DNA of 64,000 bases from a bacterium (GCA_965209155.1 OZ242383.1:2112001-2176000); one strand, 5' to 3'; counted from the stretch's first letter, positions 39,557 through 50,148 are shown. A program made the numbers and translations. Notes: generated by a model not told the origin, from the letters alone.

Positions 39557-40611
39557 CTGCTATGTCTATCACCCGAACTAAACTGCTGGAGCACCTATCC
39601 CGTAGCACTCGTCTTAGCCATCTCAGGGCAAATATCGATATTGAATTTACCCTTGTTGTGAAAGAGCTTTACGACCTATGGCGAAACAACCGTGTTGAAG
39701 TGAAAAGAGATTGGGGAGATTCTCAGCAGAAAGCCAAGCCCATTCTTTATACAAACCGTGCTTGCTTTCTGCCCACAGACTGGATAGTTCTCGTTGAAAA
39801 AGCTCCTCAACAACAAACTATCAAAGTAGCCACCTGGAATGTCAACTCATTGCGTACGCGAATGCCTCTCGTATTGTCTTGGTTGGAAGAACAAAAACCG
39901 GACGTTGTCTGCTTGCAAGAGACCAAAGTTGAAGATCACGCTTTTCCGGTGCAGGAATTGGAATTGGCCGGTTATCGAGCTGTTTATTCGGGTCAAAAAT
40001 CTTACAATGGCGTCGCGATTCTTTCCAGATATCCCATTGAAGAAATACGGATAGGATTTTCTAATGGATATGACGCGGAAAACAAACGTTTGACGGCAGC
40101 CCGCATTCTTGGCGTGTGGAACATCAATGTTTATGTTCCACAGGGGGAATCCATTCTCTCACCAAAATTTACATACAAACTCGAGTTTTTGGAGGAGCTA
40201 TTGCAGGAATTGCAGAGTAACTACGACTCCGAAGATTTTCTTTTACTGGCAGGAGATATTAATATAGCCCCTGATGAGCGGGATTTGTCGAATCCGGAAG
40301 GTATGCAAGAACAAGTCAGTTTCCATCCAGAAGAACATTTATTCCTGGACAAGCTGAGAGGATTAAAATTCAACGACGTCTTTCGGCAATTTCATCAGGA
40401 AAAAGGCCGATTTTCATGGTGGGATTTTCGCACTCGTGGATTTGAAAAAGATGAAGGGATGCGGATTGACCACATCTGGGTTTCCCCTGGCCTGCTGACT
40501 CTCTGCCAATCCTGTACGATTGACGTCAATGCGCGTGAACAGCCAAAACCCTCGGACCACGCCCCAGTGATCACAGAATTCCAACTTCCAGACAGGTCCG
40601 CTGAGAACTAA
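39553..40611 (+). CDS. xth: Exodeoxyribonuclease III / AP endonuclease with an ~85-aa N-terminal extension
   Basis: ATWNVNSLR, CLQETK, YNGVAI, GDINIAP, RIDH and SDHAPV. Confidence 0.9.
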   Translation: MTAMSITRTKLLEHLSRSTRLSHLRANIDIEFTLVVKELYDLWRNNRVEVKRDWGDSQQKAKPILYTNRACFLPTDWIVLVEKAPQQQTIKVATWNVNSLRTRMPLVLSWLEEQKPDVVCLQETKVEDHAFPVQELELAGYRAVYSGQKSYNGVAILSRYPIEEIRIGFSNGYDAENKRLTAARILGVWNINVYVPQGESILSPKFTYKLEFLEELLQELQSNYDSEDFLLLAGDINIAPDERDLSNPEGMQEQVSFHPEEHLFLDKLRGLKFNDVFRQFHQEKGRFSWWDFRTRGFEKDEGMRIDHIWVSPGLLTLCQSCTIDVNAREQPKPSDHAPVITEFQLPDRSAEN

Positions 40612-40628
40612 GTCACCACCCGTGATTT

Positions 40629-40991
40629 TCAGCTGGGCTGGATCTGACAGAGGGACATAAATTGTTCTTCGTCCAATTGAAAAACACCCGCGCCTTCAGT
40701 GGAAATCTCTACTCGTACTTCTGCATCGAACCCCAAAACGATATAGGTGTCATCGTATATTTGTAAAAAATAAAAAATGGTCAGGTCTTCCTGCATGTCT
40801 TCATAGTAGAAACCGATCCTGAGCAATCCCGAGTCAATCAGTTCTGTTAAGAAAGCCCGGTCGTTTCCTTGATATCCTGGCAGGTGTTCGAATGCTTCTT
40901 TATATGGAAAGGTATCAATGGCGTATTCGAGAAGCATTTCGTCTCCTTCACTTCCCAAGCACAATTCCACCCAATCACTTTGTACTTTCAT
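40629..40991 (-). CDS. Acidic hypothetical protein
   Basis: Open 120-aa frame with GGAGA RBS, co-oriented after nadD. Confidence 0.6.
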   Translation of the reverse strand: MKVQSDWVELCLGSEGDEMLLEYAIDTFPYKEAFEHLPGYQGNDRAFLTELIDSGLLRIGFYYEDMQEDLTIFYFLQIYDDTYIVLGFDAEVRVEISTEGAGVFQLDEEQFMSLCQIQPS

Positions 40992-41068
40992 AGATCTCTC
41001 CAGAGGATTTAAAATTGGCATCAAGATTTCAGTGTAAATCGAAGCAAAAAAATATCAACCTTTTTAGT

Positions 41069-41734
41069 TTAGTTACTTTTCTTCTGCATTTTTTTGAAGA
41101 AGTCGACATAAACGTGGCGTGCCATTGGTGGCAACCATTCGAGACCCGCATGACCGGATCGAATTTTTGTCGAAGAAATAGAGGGTGTGTCAAATTCGAG
41201 GTAGCGGACAATTTCGCGGCCTTGATAGTAAGCAGTTCGCTTTGAGGGGAACCAATTGATTCCTTCAAACCACCGTGTAAAAGGTGCTATGACAAAGGGT
41301 GCCGGAATTGAATTGCTTAAATCAGGGGAACCTGCGCGATTCACTACCCATAAAGAGGCTAATGTTAGAATCTCCCTGGCATTTTTCCATTGCGCAAACT
41401 CTTGAAACGTATCCCAGCCTAACACGAGGTGCCATATTACATCCGGGTGTTGCTTTTGAAGGTGTTTCAAAGTGTCGTAGGTGTATTGCACATGGCGTCT
41501 TTTGATTTCAAATTCACAAATCTTAACCCGCTCCCGATTTTGAAAAGTTTGCTGGATCATTTCCAAACGCAGAGGATTGGGCAGCAGGGGTTGTTGCAAT
41601 TTATAAGGAGAACGGCTGGTGGGCATGATCACAATTTGATCCAATTCCTGCTCTAACAACTGTTCGACAACAGCAACATGACCTTGGTGAATGGGATTGA
41701 AGCTCCCTCCAAATATAGCATAATGCAGAGGCAT
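41069..41734 (-). CDS. nadD: Nicotinate-nucleotide adenylyltransferase
   Basis: FGGSFNPIHQGH, YTYDTL and ISSTKIR. Confidence 0.9.
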   Translation of the reverse strand: MPLHYAIFGGSFNPIHQGHVAVVEQLLEQELDQIVIMPTSRSPYKLQQPLLPNPLRLEMIQQTFQNRERVKICEFEIKRRHVQYTYDTLKHLQKQHPDVIWHLVLGWDTFQEFAQWKNAREILTLASLWVVNRAGSPDLSNSIPAPFVIAPFTRWFEGINWFPSKRTAYYQGREIVRYLEFDTPSISSTKIRSGHAGLEWLPPMARHVYVDFFKKMQKKSN

Positions 41735-41769
41735 CTCTCTATTTAATTGCGGAGGCTCAAACTTTTGGC

Positions 41770-43062
41770 TTAAGCATATTGGAATTCAGTGAAGCGGCTG
41801 CGAAGTCTGCGAACCTCTTCTTGCACTTGCCTGCCTTTCATTGCTTCCACAATCAACGCGGAGATCTCTCCCATTTCGCTTTCCTTCATGCCAAAGCGAG
41901 TCATCTCTTGCACTCCAATGCGCAGTCCGGAAGGATTACGTACATCCTGGTCGCCGGGAAGCAAGTTGTGATTGAGAATGATGTTGTTGGCAGCCAGCTG
42001 TTTTGCCAAATCAATGGCGGGACCCAAGGCAGATACATTGATTGCAATTTGGTGACTCTCTGTAAAACCAAACTCTCGTGCCTCCACAGCAATACCTTCA
42101 TCACAAAGGGCTTGCCCCAAGGCTTTGGCGTTTTTTACGGTTTGTTCCGCATAGGCTTTCCCGAATTGTTTCATTTCCCGGATTGTGGCAAGCAGTCCGG
42201 GTAATGTGTGTAAATGGTGGTTGCTGGAAGAACCTGGCAGAATGCCCCGGTCGATACTCGTCCACCATTTCAACTCCTCTGTCGTTTTCAAATTTCCCAA
42301 AACTATGCCACGTTGTGGCCCCGGAAAAGTTTTATGGGTACTGGCCGTGATAAAATGAGCCCCTTCTCGGAATGGGTCTTGAAATTCTTCCCCGAGGATC
42401 AGTCCTAAAACATGCGCGCCATCGTACAAAACCGGGATGTTTTTTGTCCGACAGACTTCTGCGATTGGAGCAATCGGTTCTGGAAACAAAAACAGGCTTT
42501 TTCCCAAAATTACCAAGTTGGGCAGGGTTTGCTCAATTAAATCCAAGCTTTTTGGAACGTCTAAATGATAACGGTCTGCACTGACAGGCCAGAAGTGTAA
42601 AGAAATGGAGTTTTTCTGGTTCATGGCCAGGACTTGGCCACGGACTTGGATTCTCCGCCCAAAAACCCCTGTTGGATTGTGACTGATGTGGCCCCCGACA
42701 TCAATAGAATTGGCAATTACGGTATCATTGCCACGCAATAAAGCAAGGGCAACAGCGGTATTGGCAGCATTTCCGCTGATTGGACGGACATCAACCTGGG
42801 CGCAATTGGCCAGTTTTTTCATCTCCTCGCTGGCCATGATTTCAATTTGATCTATGTAATTGGTCCCTTCATAATATCGATTCGTGGATTCTGAAGTGTT
42901 GGGATGTCCCTCAGCATAACGTCCCATGAAATCATTGCATTCCATTGCACGAACCACGGGAGATTGGGTATTTTCACTGGCAATCAAATTTATCGTTTCT
43001 TGCCCGCGCCAAAGATTTTGATTTTCAATAATTTTTATGATATCTGAAATATCGACGGTCAT
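41770..43062 (-). CDS. glyA: Serine hydroxymethyltransferase (archaeal-like signature)
   Basis: INLIASEN, YAEG, GGHISH, STHKTFPGPQRG, SNHHLH and PSGLRIG. Confidence 0.88.
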   Translation of the reverse strand: MTVDISDIIKIIENQNLWRGQETINLIASENTQSPVVRAMECNDFMGRYAEGHPNTSESTNRYYEGTNYIDQIEIMASEEMKKLANCAQVDVRPISGNAANTAVALALLRGNDTVIANSIDVGGHISHNPTGVFGRRIQVRGQVLAMNQKNSISLHFWPVSADRYHLDVPKSLDLIEQTLPNLVILGKSLFLFPEPIAPIAEVCRTKNIPVLYDGAHVLGLILGEEFQDPFREGAHFITASTHKTFPGPQRGIVLGNLKTTEELKWWTSIDRGILPGSSSNHHLHTLPGLLATIREMKQFGKAYAEQTVKNAKALGQALCDEGIAVEAREFGFTESHQIAINVSALGPAIDLAKQLAANNIILNHNLLPGDQDVRNPSGLRIGVQEMTRFGMKESEMGEISALIVEAMKGRQVQEEVRRLRSRFTEFQYA

Positions 43063-43152
43063 TTGTGATCCTCCAAGGTCAAGCATCAGGTATAGTAGAA
43101 AGCTAAAAAAATCTTTTCTTTACCAAGGTGAATATTTGTAATTAAAACGAGG

Positions 43153-44148
43153 CTATACGATTGATGTTGAGTCCAATTTTCGTAATAAATCTGCTTTGCT
43201 GAATGAATGAACTCCAACATGCATTGTTGACAGTCCAGCAGCCAGGTTCGCCCAGTAGGCTGCTTGTTCAATCGCTGCTTCACCTGCCATCAAAAATGCC
43301 AACACGCTGACGATCATGTCACCAGCCCCTACTGCGTCAAATACTTCCCTGACTTCCGATACAAAATGTAAATAATTTCCTGGACCTTGAAATAACAACA
43401 GCCCATCCCGGTCCAAACTGATAGTGACATATTTAAAATGATATTTTTTTTGGATCTGTTCAGCAACTCGCAGGGCTTGCTTCATATTCTGCAACGGATG
43501 CCTTAAAAATATCTCAATCTCTCTGCGGTTGGGTTTGATCAAAGAAAAGTGCTGATAAATTCGATAATTCGCTTTTTGACGAGGATCCACAACTGTAGGA
43601 ACGTTATGCTGAGTAGTCAGTTCACGAACTGTTTCCAACATACGATCTGTTAATAATCCTTTGCCATAATCCGAAATGAGGACTAATTCCACCTGGGGAA
43701 TGGATTTCCTTAAAAATTGAAGTATTTCAAGCTCACAATCGGGTTTCCATTGGGGAGGAGGATCGAAGTCCATGCGTAACAATTGATGATGATCGGCAAG
43801 CATCCGGTGCTTGAGAATGGTGGTCAATTCTTCCAGTTGCCACACACCGGAAATATCAATCTGGTTTCTGGCAAAAAGTTCCAGAACCAACCGGGCATCT
43901 GAATCTTGACCGATCACACCACACGCGATTACCTTGGCTCCAAGCGTGGCGAGGTTGCACATCGCATTGGCTGCTCCTCCCAACCTGTTTTCTTCTCGTT
44001 CGACCAATAATATGGGTATGGGAGCCTCCGGAGAAATTCGGTTGACGCTTCCAAAAGTATGTCGGTCCAGCATCAAATCACCTATCACTAATATTGTGGG
44101 AGATTCGACCTGCTCCAGGGATAGTTGAAGTCCTTTCTTGTTGATCAC
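43153..44148 (-). CDS. Heptose-7-phosphate kinase (HldE/RfaE domain I, stand-alone)
   Basis: IGDLMLD, RISPEAPIP, GGAAN, SDYGKG and DAVGAGD. Confidence 0.85.
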   Translation of the reverse strand: MINKKGLQLSLEQVESPTILVIGDLMLDRHTFGSVNRISPEAPIPILLVEREENRLGGAANAMCNLATLGAKVIACGVIGQDSDARLVLELFARNQIDISGVWQLEELTTILKHRMLADHHQLLRMDFDPPPQWKPDCELEILQFLRKSIPQVELVLISDYGKGLLTDRMLETVRELTTQHNVPTVVDPRQKANYRIYQHFSLIKPNRREIEIFLRHPLQNMKQALRVAEQIQKKYHFKYVTISLDRDGLLLFQGPGNYLHFVSEVREVFDAVGAGDMIVSVLAFLMAGEAAIEQAAYWANLAAGLSTMHVGVHSFSKADLLRKLDSTSIV

Positions 44149-44163
44149 TATTTCTTTTGGGAT

Positions 44164-45219
44164 TTATGATTTTTTCTGTAAAAATTTTTCGATGATTTTT
44201 TCGAATCGTTCAAAGGATTGCGCTCCGGACAAGATATCTCCGGTTAACTGGTTGCTGCTGGCATCATAGACTCCGACAACAAATCCAGGTGTGCCGGTGA
44301 TACCAATTAAGAAACCTTCTTCAATGTCATTATTGACCAGTTCCCGGTACTTTTCTTGTTCGATGCATCGTTCGAACTTTTTTAAGTCTTTTATTCGGAT
44401 TTGTTTGCCATACGCTTTCAAGTCCTCTGGAAATTGTTGGCGTGGATTTGCAAAGAGGATGGCATGAATTTCCTCAAATTTTCCTTGTTCTCTGGCACAT
44501 TCAGCGGCATTGGCAGCTTCATCGGCTTCCGTGTGAAAGGACAAGGGGAAATGACGATAGGCAAATGCAACCCGCCCTTTGTATTTTTCCATTAATTCAT
44601 TGATCGTTTCCTGCGAACTTGCGCAAAAAGGACATTGGTAGTCGGAGAATTCCAAAAACATGACAGAGGCATTCGGACTGCTACGGATCATGGCACTACC
44701 TACTGATACTGTCACAAAAAACTCTAACGGAGGTTTCAAATAAGGGACTATCAGTCCTTGTTCAATAGCTTTATTGAATTGTTGGATTTCATAATTCAAT
44801 CTGGCTTGCTGGCTGAGGAATTGCCTGATTCGCGGCGCAATTTGCTCCAGGCTGCCGCGTTTCATTAATTGATTCTGTTCATAAAATTGTTCAATTTGTT
44901 CATCGCTGATATTGATTTGAAAATTTGTCTGGAATTCCGTATGCGTCTTGGCTAGTTTTTTTAGAATATAACGCGGTAATTCAACCTGGAGCGCTTCATG
45001 CAATTGTATCAGCAAATCATGAATTGACTTGTTTGTCACGTCTTGCAGGTGAATCGCTTTTCCTTCTAAATTGGCAAGAATTGGATTGTTCGTAAAGATC
45101 CCTTCGACAGAAACTGTATTGGCGCCAACGGTTGATTTTTCGGATTTTTCGGCCAATGCTATCGACACTAGGCATCCTGTGAAAAAACACGCTACCAATA
45201 GTTTAAAGACTTTCATACT
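44164..45219 (-). CDS. DsbA-family thioredoxin with an N-terminal helical domain
   Basis: Signal peptide; EFSDYQCPFC, RHFPL, GITGTP and GAQS. Confidence 0.85.
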   Translation of the reverse strand, partial: SMKVFKLLVACFFTGCLVSIALAEKSEKSTVGANTVSVEGIFTNNPILANLEGKAIHLQDVTNKSIHDLLIQLHEALQVELPRYILKKLAKTHTEFQTNFQINISDEQIEQFYEQNQLMKRGSLEQIAPRIRQFLSQQARLNYEIQQFNKAIEQGLIVPYLKPPLEFFVTVSVGSAMIRSSPNASVMFLEFSDYQCPFCASSQETINELMEKYKGRVAFAYRHFPLSFHTEADEAANAAECAREQGKFEEIHAILFANPRQQFPEDLKAYGKQIRIKDLKKFERCIEQEKYRELVNNDIEEGFLIGITGTPGFVVGVYDASSNQLTGDILSGAQSFERFEKIIEKFLQKKS

Positions 45220-45576
45220 ACCCTTCTTAATTAGTTGGAATTTCATGACGAAGAACATAAACAGCGATTAGCGGTAAATCGTTTCTATTGAAAGACAATA
45301 AAATCCAAATGAGAAAAAACTTCGCTATCCCTCATCCTATTTTAATTCGAAAATTTCACAAGATGGAAGTCGGGTATTGAATTTTCAGGCTTCTCTGTTA
45401 CTCCTTTTCTACTCCATTCACTTATTGTGTTTTTCTTATTCAATAGACTCTTACTGTCTGAGATTCTCTTGGAAAGATTCACTTGCAAAGCAATGAAATA
45501 ATTCGTATCTTTTATTACTCGAGCCCCTCCTCCGATTAATCCATCCCAGAATTCAATTTTTTTATATTGATTTGGC

Positions 45577-47262
45577 ATGCCTTTCCTTTTCAACAATTTA
45601 TACTCTTGGCTGCCCTGCATTGGTGTGATAACAGCTGGTGTGGCAATGGGGTTGGGATCCCAAACTTCTTCGTTGGGACTGCTTTGGCTCGTTGCCTTAT
45701 TTCCCCTATTCGTTGTTTTTGACTGCATTTGTCAAAACTCCCGTTTTTCCTGGCGACAAAAAGCAATTTGGACATTTCTGGCATGCTGGGTTGCCGGTTG
45801 CATTGCATCTGCATGGGCCGCTTCCTTCATGACGCATTCCATCCACGTCTTTGGGCATCTCCCCAAGGTCGTGGCTGTTCTGATTACAGTATTTGGATAC
45901 GGTTTGGAAGTGACCCTGTTGCTTTTCGTTGTCTTTGCTGTTCCCCTGCTTTGGATCAGGCGATGGCATGGGTGGGATATTGTAATGCGCTTCGCTTTTT
46001 TTGTGATGGTGGAGCCGATTTATCCCAAGTTGTTCCCTTGGTCTATTGGGAAATTCTCATTTCTGGAAGTATCCTGGATTGCCCAGACTGCAGACTTGCT
46101 CGGTGCTTGGGGTCTGGGATTCTATGTGGGAGGATGCAATTTTTTGCTTCTCTTTTTCTGGCGTTGGTTTCGCCAGAGTCAGGGGTTGTCCACTTACTCC
46201 ATCAATAAAAAACTAGCTTGTTGTTTCTCAGGAATATATCTGGTACTTTTGGTTTCAGGTATGGCCTACGGGGGATGGCGTACCTATCAACTTCGCCCTC
46301 TTTTATCGCAAGGTCCATCCTTGCATGTAGCAGCGATTCAACCCAATTTTTCCTTACAACGACTCGCTTCCAATCCCGAGTTGGCCTATTCAAAACGGAA
46401 AAATAATATCTACGAATTGCTGAATGATTCCGCAAAAGCATTGATGCCCTTTTCTAACTCGAGTTTCCAGGCAGACTCTTCCATCCCCAAGCTCGTCGTT
46501 TGGCCCGAATCGGTTTATCCCTTCGACGCCAAAAATAAGGAGGGACTGCGTCTCCTGGAACAGTTTGCCAAATCTCAGCAAAGCGCAATATTGTCGACGT
46601 CCGTTGACTGGGAACTGACAGCGGAAGGTGATCCTTTGTGGTATAGTATCTCATTTTTTATGGGCGCTGATGGCACAGTAAAAGGACGATATAACAAAAT
46701 TTCTTTGATTCCTTTTGGCGAATATATTCCCGGAGCCGAATGGTTTCCCGCCTACAGGCGATGGTTGAAAGAATTGGTACCGAATATTTCTGAATTTGCG
46801 CGAGGAAAAGAATTCACGGTATTTCAACTATCCGACACCATCAGGCTTTCAGGCATTATTTGCTATGATGCCTTTTCTGCCGAAATTATACGAAATATGG
46901 TGCATAACGGGGCAGGATTGATTGTCAATCTGAGCAACCTTGCCTGGTTTGGGAGAACCAATGCCTCCCGGCAAATGGAGTCAATCCTCCGTTGGCATGC
47001 CATTGAGAATCGAGTACCTTTCCTATATATTTCCAACAATGGGGAAAGTGTGTTTCTCAATTCTTTAGGAGAACCAATGAGCCAAAGGTTGGAACTATTC
47101 GAACAGGGAAGTTTATCCGAAACGATCCACTTACAGCAACATTATTCAATATATCGAGAACATAGAGAATGGATTCAAGGCGGGATCGTACTGCTATTTC
47201 TCATCATATTATTATCGGGACACAAGTATGGACGAATATTTACAATAAATTCAGATTCTTGA
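45577..47262 (+). CDS. lnt: Apolipoprotein N-acyltransferase
   Basis: Transmembrane helices; IQPN, VVWPES, YNK..LIPFGEYIP, IICYD and AIENR. Confidence 0.9.
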   Translation: MPFLFNNLYSWLPCIGVITAGVAMGLGSQTSSLGLLWLVALFPLFVVFDCICQNSRFSWRQKAIWTFLACWVAGCIASAWAASFMTHSIHVFGHLPKVVAVLITVFGYGLEVTLLLFVVFAVPLLWIRRWHGWDIVMRFAFFVMVEPIYPKLFPWSIGKFSFLEVSWIAQTADLLGAWGLGFYVGGCNFLLLFFWRWFRQSQGLSTYSINKKLACCFSGIYLVLLVSGMAYGGWRTYQLRPLLSQGPSLHVAAIQPNFSLQRLASNPELAYSKRKNNIYELLNDSAKALMPFSNSSFQADSSIPKLVVWPESVYPFDAKNKEGLRLLEQFAKSQQSAILSTSVDWELTAEGDPLWYSISFFMGADGTVKGRYNKISLIPFGEYIPGAEWFPAYRRWLKELVPNISEFARGKEFTVFQLSDTIRLSGIICYDAFSAEIIRNMVHNGAGLIVNLSNLAWFGRTNASRQMESILRWHAIENRVPFLYISNNGESVFLNSLGEPMSQRLELFEQGSLSETIHLQQHYSIYREHREWIQGGIVLLFLIILLSGHKYGRIFTINSDS

Positions 47263-47283
47263 AAATTGGATAAAAGAGCAAAT

Positions 47284-48711
47284 ATGCGTAGAAAAAAATT
47301 GCTTTGGCAAATTTATCCTCCATATCTGTTAATTACCTGCATCTCGCTCCTGGCAGTTATTTGGTACGCTTCAATTGCTTTTCAGAAATTCTTCTTTGAA
47401 CAAACGGCAGAAGACCTTGAAGTCCAAGCCAGTCTGCTCGCAAGTCAACTGTCAGATCCACTGATTCTTTCTGATCCTGAAAAAGTTGACACACTCAGCA
47501 AAAAGTCAGGCAAAGCAGCAGAAATACGAGTGACTGTGATCCTCCCATCTGGCAAAGTGATTGGCGACACGGATGAAAATCCTGCTATCATGAGCAATCA
47601 TTCGGATCGACCAGAAATTGTGAAGGCGTTTACTGGCGAAGTGGGAACCTCAATTCGGGAGAGTACGACACTTCAAAAACAAGCAATTTATGTTGCGATT
47701 CCTTTGATGCAATCCGAAAAAATTGCAGCAGTTGTTCGAACATCTGTTCCGGTCACGTTGATCGGACAATCCTTGAACAGCTTGCAGAAGCGGATATTTC
47801 TGCAATGGGGGATCGTTGCCATAGCAGCTGCTGTCGTCAGTTTGTTCATCGCCCGCCGTGTCAGCCGTCCTTTTGAAGAATTGCGGAAAGGGGCGGAACG
47901 TTTTGCTCAGGGGGATTTAGCTCATCAATTATCGGTACCGCATTCTGACGAAATCGGAGGATTGGCGGAAACTTTGAATAAAATGGCCTCCCAGCTCAAT
48001 GAACGCATTGAAACGATTGCAAAACTGGAAAACATTCGTAGTGATTTTGTTGCCAACGTTTCCCATGAACTGAAAACACCAATTACGACCATCAAGGGAT
48101 CTGTCGAAACTCTTCTTGATGGCGCCCTCCACGAATCAGACGACAGGGAACGCTTCCTGCGTATCATTGCCAGACATACAGATCGTCTCAGTGCCATAAT
48201 TGATGACCTCCTCACCCTGGCCAGGGTGGAACAGGAGGATGAAAAGACAAAGCTGATTTTCAAAGAAACTCCACTCAAGGAAATACTCGATCTTGCTGTT
48301 GAAGATTGCGAACAGCAAATTATAGAAAAAAATATAAAACTCAGTCTGGTTTGTCAGGAAGGTCTGCTCGTCAAAGCCAATGCACCACTCTTACAACAGG
48401 CAATGATCAATTTGATCAGCAATGCCATCAAATTCAGCCCTGCAAACAGTCCTGTTATCGTAGATGCCCAACGATTCGATTCAAATGTCCGCATTCAGGT
48501 CAAAGACCAGGGTTGTGGTATTGCGGTCAATCACCTTCCTCGCTTGTTTGAAAGATTCTACCTTGCGGACCCTGCCCGAAGTAGAAAACTGGGGGGGACC
48601 GGATTGGGCCTGGCCATTGTCAAACATATCACTCAAGTGCATGGAGGTCGCATTGAGGTTGAAAGCCAGCCAGACAATGGCAGCACGTTTTCCATTTTCC
48701 TTCCCAGATAG
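47284..48711 (+). CDS. PhoR-like sensor histidine kinase (HAMP-HisKA-HATPase)
   Basis: DFVANVSHELKTP, NLISNAIKF, DQGCG and GGTGLGLAIVKH; next to phoU. Confidence 0.88.
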   Translation: MRRKKLLWQIYPPYLLITCISLLAVIWYASIAFQKFFFEQTAEDLEVQASLLASQLSDPLILSDPEKVDTLSKKSGKAAEIRVTVILPSGKVIGDTDENPAIMSNHSDRPEIVKAFTGEVGTSIRESTTLQKQAIYVAIPLMQSEKIAAVVRTSVPVTLIGQSLNSLQKRIFLQWGIVAIAAAVVSLFIARRVSRPFEELRKGAERFAQGDLAHQLSVPHSDEIGGLAETLNKMASQLNERIETIAKLENIRSDFVANVSHELKTPITTIKGSVETLLDGALHESDDRERFLRIIARHTDRLSAIIDDLLTLARVEQEDEKTKLIFKETPLKEILDLAVEDCEQQIIEKNIKLSLVCQEGLLVKANAPLLQQAMINLISNAIKFSPANSPVIVDAQRFDSNVRIQVKDQGCGIAVNHLPRLFERFYLADPARSRKLGGTGLGLAIVKHITQVHGGRIEVESQPDNGSTFSIFLPR

Positions 48712-48770
48712 TATCTTGGACAAACCTACGCTACTGTTTTTCTTTAATTTGAAAGTTAAAGATTAAATAA

Positions 48771-48962
48771 CCTGAGTTCGAGATAAGAATTTAATAAATT
48801 CAATATGTTATGGAGTCCTCATATCTGAGAGAAACCTTGTCATTCCTGCGGAAGCAGGAATCCAGAGGCATGCAGACAGACCGAAAGCTGGATCTTCGCT
48901 TAGGCGAGGATGACAAATACACCAGGATACTCATATTATTGAAGAGTAATGTCGAACTCAGG
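48771..48962. mobile_element. MITE with 11-bp TIR, 8-bp target duplication and a REP-like core
   Basis: cctgagttcga / tcgaactcagg; ttaaataa at 48763-48770 and 48963-48970; core gtcattcctgcggaagcaggaatccag..ctggat..ggatgac. Confidence 0.8.
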
Positions 48963-49059
48963 TTAAATAATATTTTCTTTACGGACTGGATCTGGTATCC
49001 AGAAACAATGCGCACCCGAGAAGACATCCCAACCCGCTGCGCACTGATCCAGGATCTCT

Positions 49060-50148
49060 ATGAGTGAATACGAAAATTGTTTAGAAAACGATTGGGCTCA
49101 AATCAATGAGCAATTGATGGCGGTATCATTACAAGTAGAGAAAGCGATCGAAAATGCGGTGGATGCCCTCATACTGAAGAATTCGGAATTGGCATACATC
49201 ACCATACTGGGTGACAATCCCATCAATCGGGCATTCGAGGAGATCAATCAATTGTGCTATACGTTTATTGCCCAACATATACCGACGGCAGGGGACCTGC
49301 GTCGGATTTCCTCCATTCTTCGTTTCAACATCGAGTTGGAACGCATCGGAGATTATGCGGTGACGATTTGCCGGGAGATAGTACAGATTTCCCGTCCCTT
49401 GGAAAAAAACATGATCCTCAATGTGGAACGGCTTGCTGAGGAATCCCGTGGCATTTTAACCCAGTCGACCACCGCACTCAGGGAAGATGATGTGACATTG
49501 GCAAAGAGAACCATGGAGCGGGCTCGCAATGCAAAAGGTCATTTTAAGCAAATCTTTCAGGAATTGAGCAATATGAAAAATAGGGAAACCTGGTCTTTGC
49601 AGGATCTATTTGGATTGTTGGCCATCTTCAATGCCTTGGGGAGAATTTGTGACCAATCGAAAAACATCTGTGAAGAGACGGTTTTTATTGTAACCGGAGA
49701 AACCAAACAGCGACAACCAGTCCGTGTCTTGTTTCTGGAAGAGGATTCCACAGGCCGAAGCCTGATGGCAGTGTGTATTGCGCACCACCTGTATCCAAGA
49801 ACTGGAGAGTATGCCTGTGCTTCTAAGGCACAGGTTGGTTCGCCGGATCCGCAAGTTATCGATCTACTGAATCGCTATGAACTGAATTGGCAATCCTGGC
49901 AACCGAAAACTATGACTGAGCTTCCCCCTTTGGATGATTTCAATGTAATCGTCAGCCTTCAAGGACCGGTCGATTCCTACCTGCCCAAGACACCATTTCG
50001 TACAGTCGTCCTTGAATGGGACACAGGTCAGGTTCATGAAGCGAAATATTCAGAATACAAACACATTGCATATGAAAGAATGTACCAAGAACTTGCATTC
50101 CGCATCCAACATCTCATGGAAATCCTGCGAGGCAAGGTGAATTCTTGA
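49060..50148 (+). CDS. phoU: PhoU fused to a degenerate LMW-PTP/ArsC-like domain
   Basis: DLRRI...ELERIGDYA and LGRICDQSKNICE; C-terminal RVLFLEEDSTGRSLMA. Confidence 0.82.
   Translation: MSEYENCLENDWAQINEQLMAVSLQVEKAIENAVDALILKNSELAYITILGDNPINRAFEEINQLCYTFIAQHIPTAGDLRRISSILRFNIELERIGDYAVTICREIVQISRPLEKNMILNVERLAEESRGILTQSTTALREDDVTLAKRTMERARNAKGHFKQIFQELSNMKNRETWSLQDLFGLLAIFNALGRICDQSKNICEETVFIVTGETKQRQPVRVLFLEEDSTGRSLMAVCIAHHLYPRTGEYACASKAQVGSPDPQVIDLLNRYELNWQSWQPKTMTELPPLDDFNVIVSLQGPVDSYLPKTPFRTVVLEWDTGQVHEAKYSEYKHIAYERMYQELAFRIQHLMEILRGKVNS

Noticed and set aside
48800..49067. Short ORFs between the kinase and phoU
   Set aside because: They are translations of the MITE palindrome
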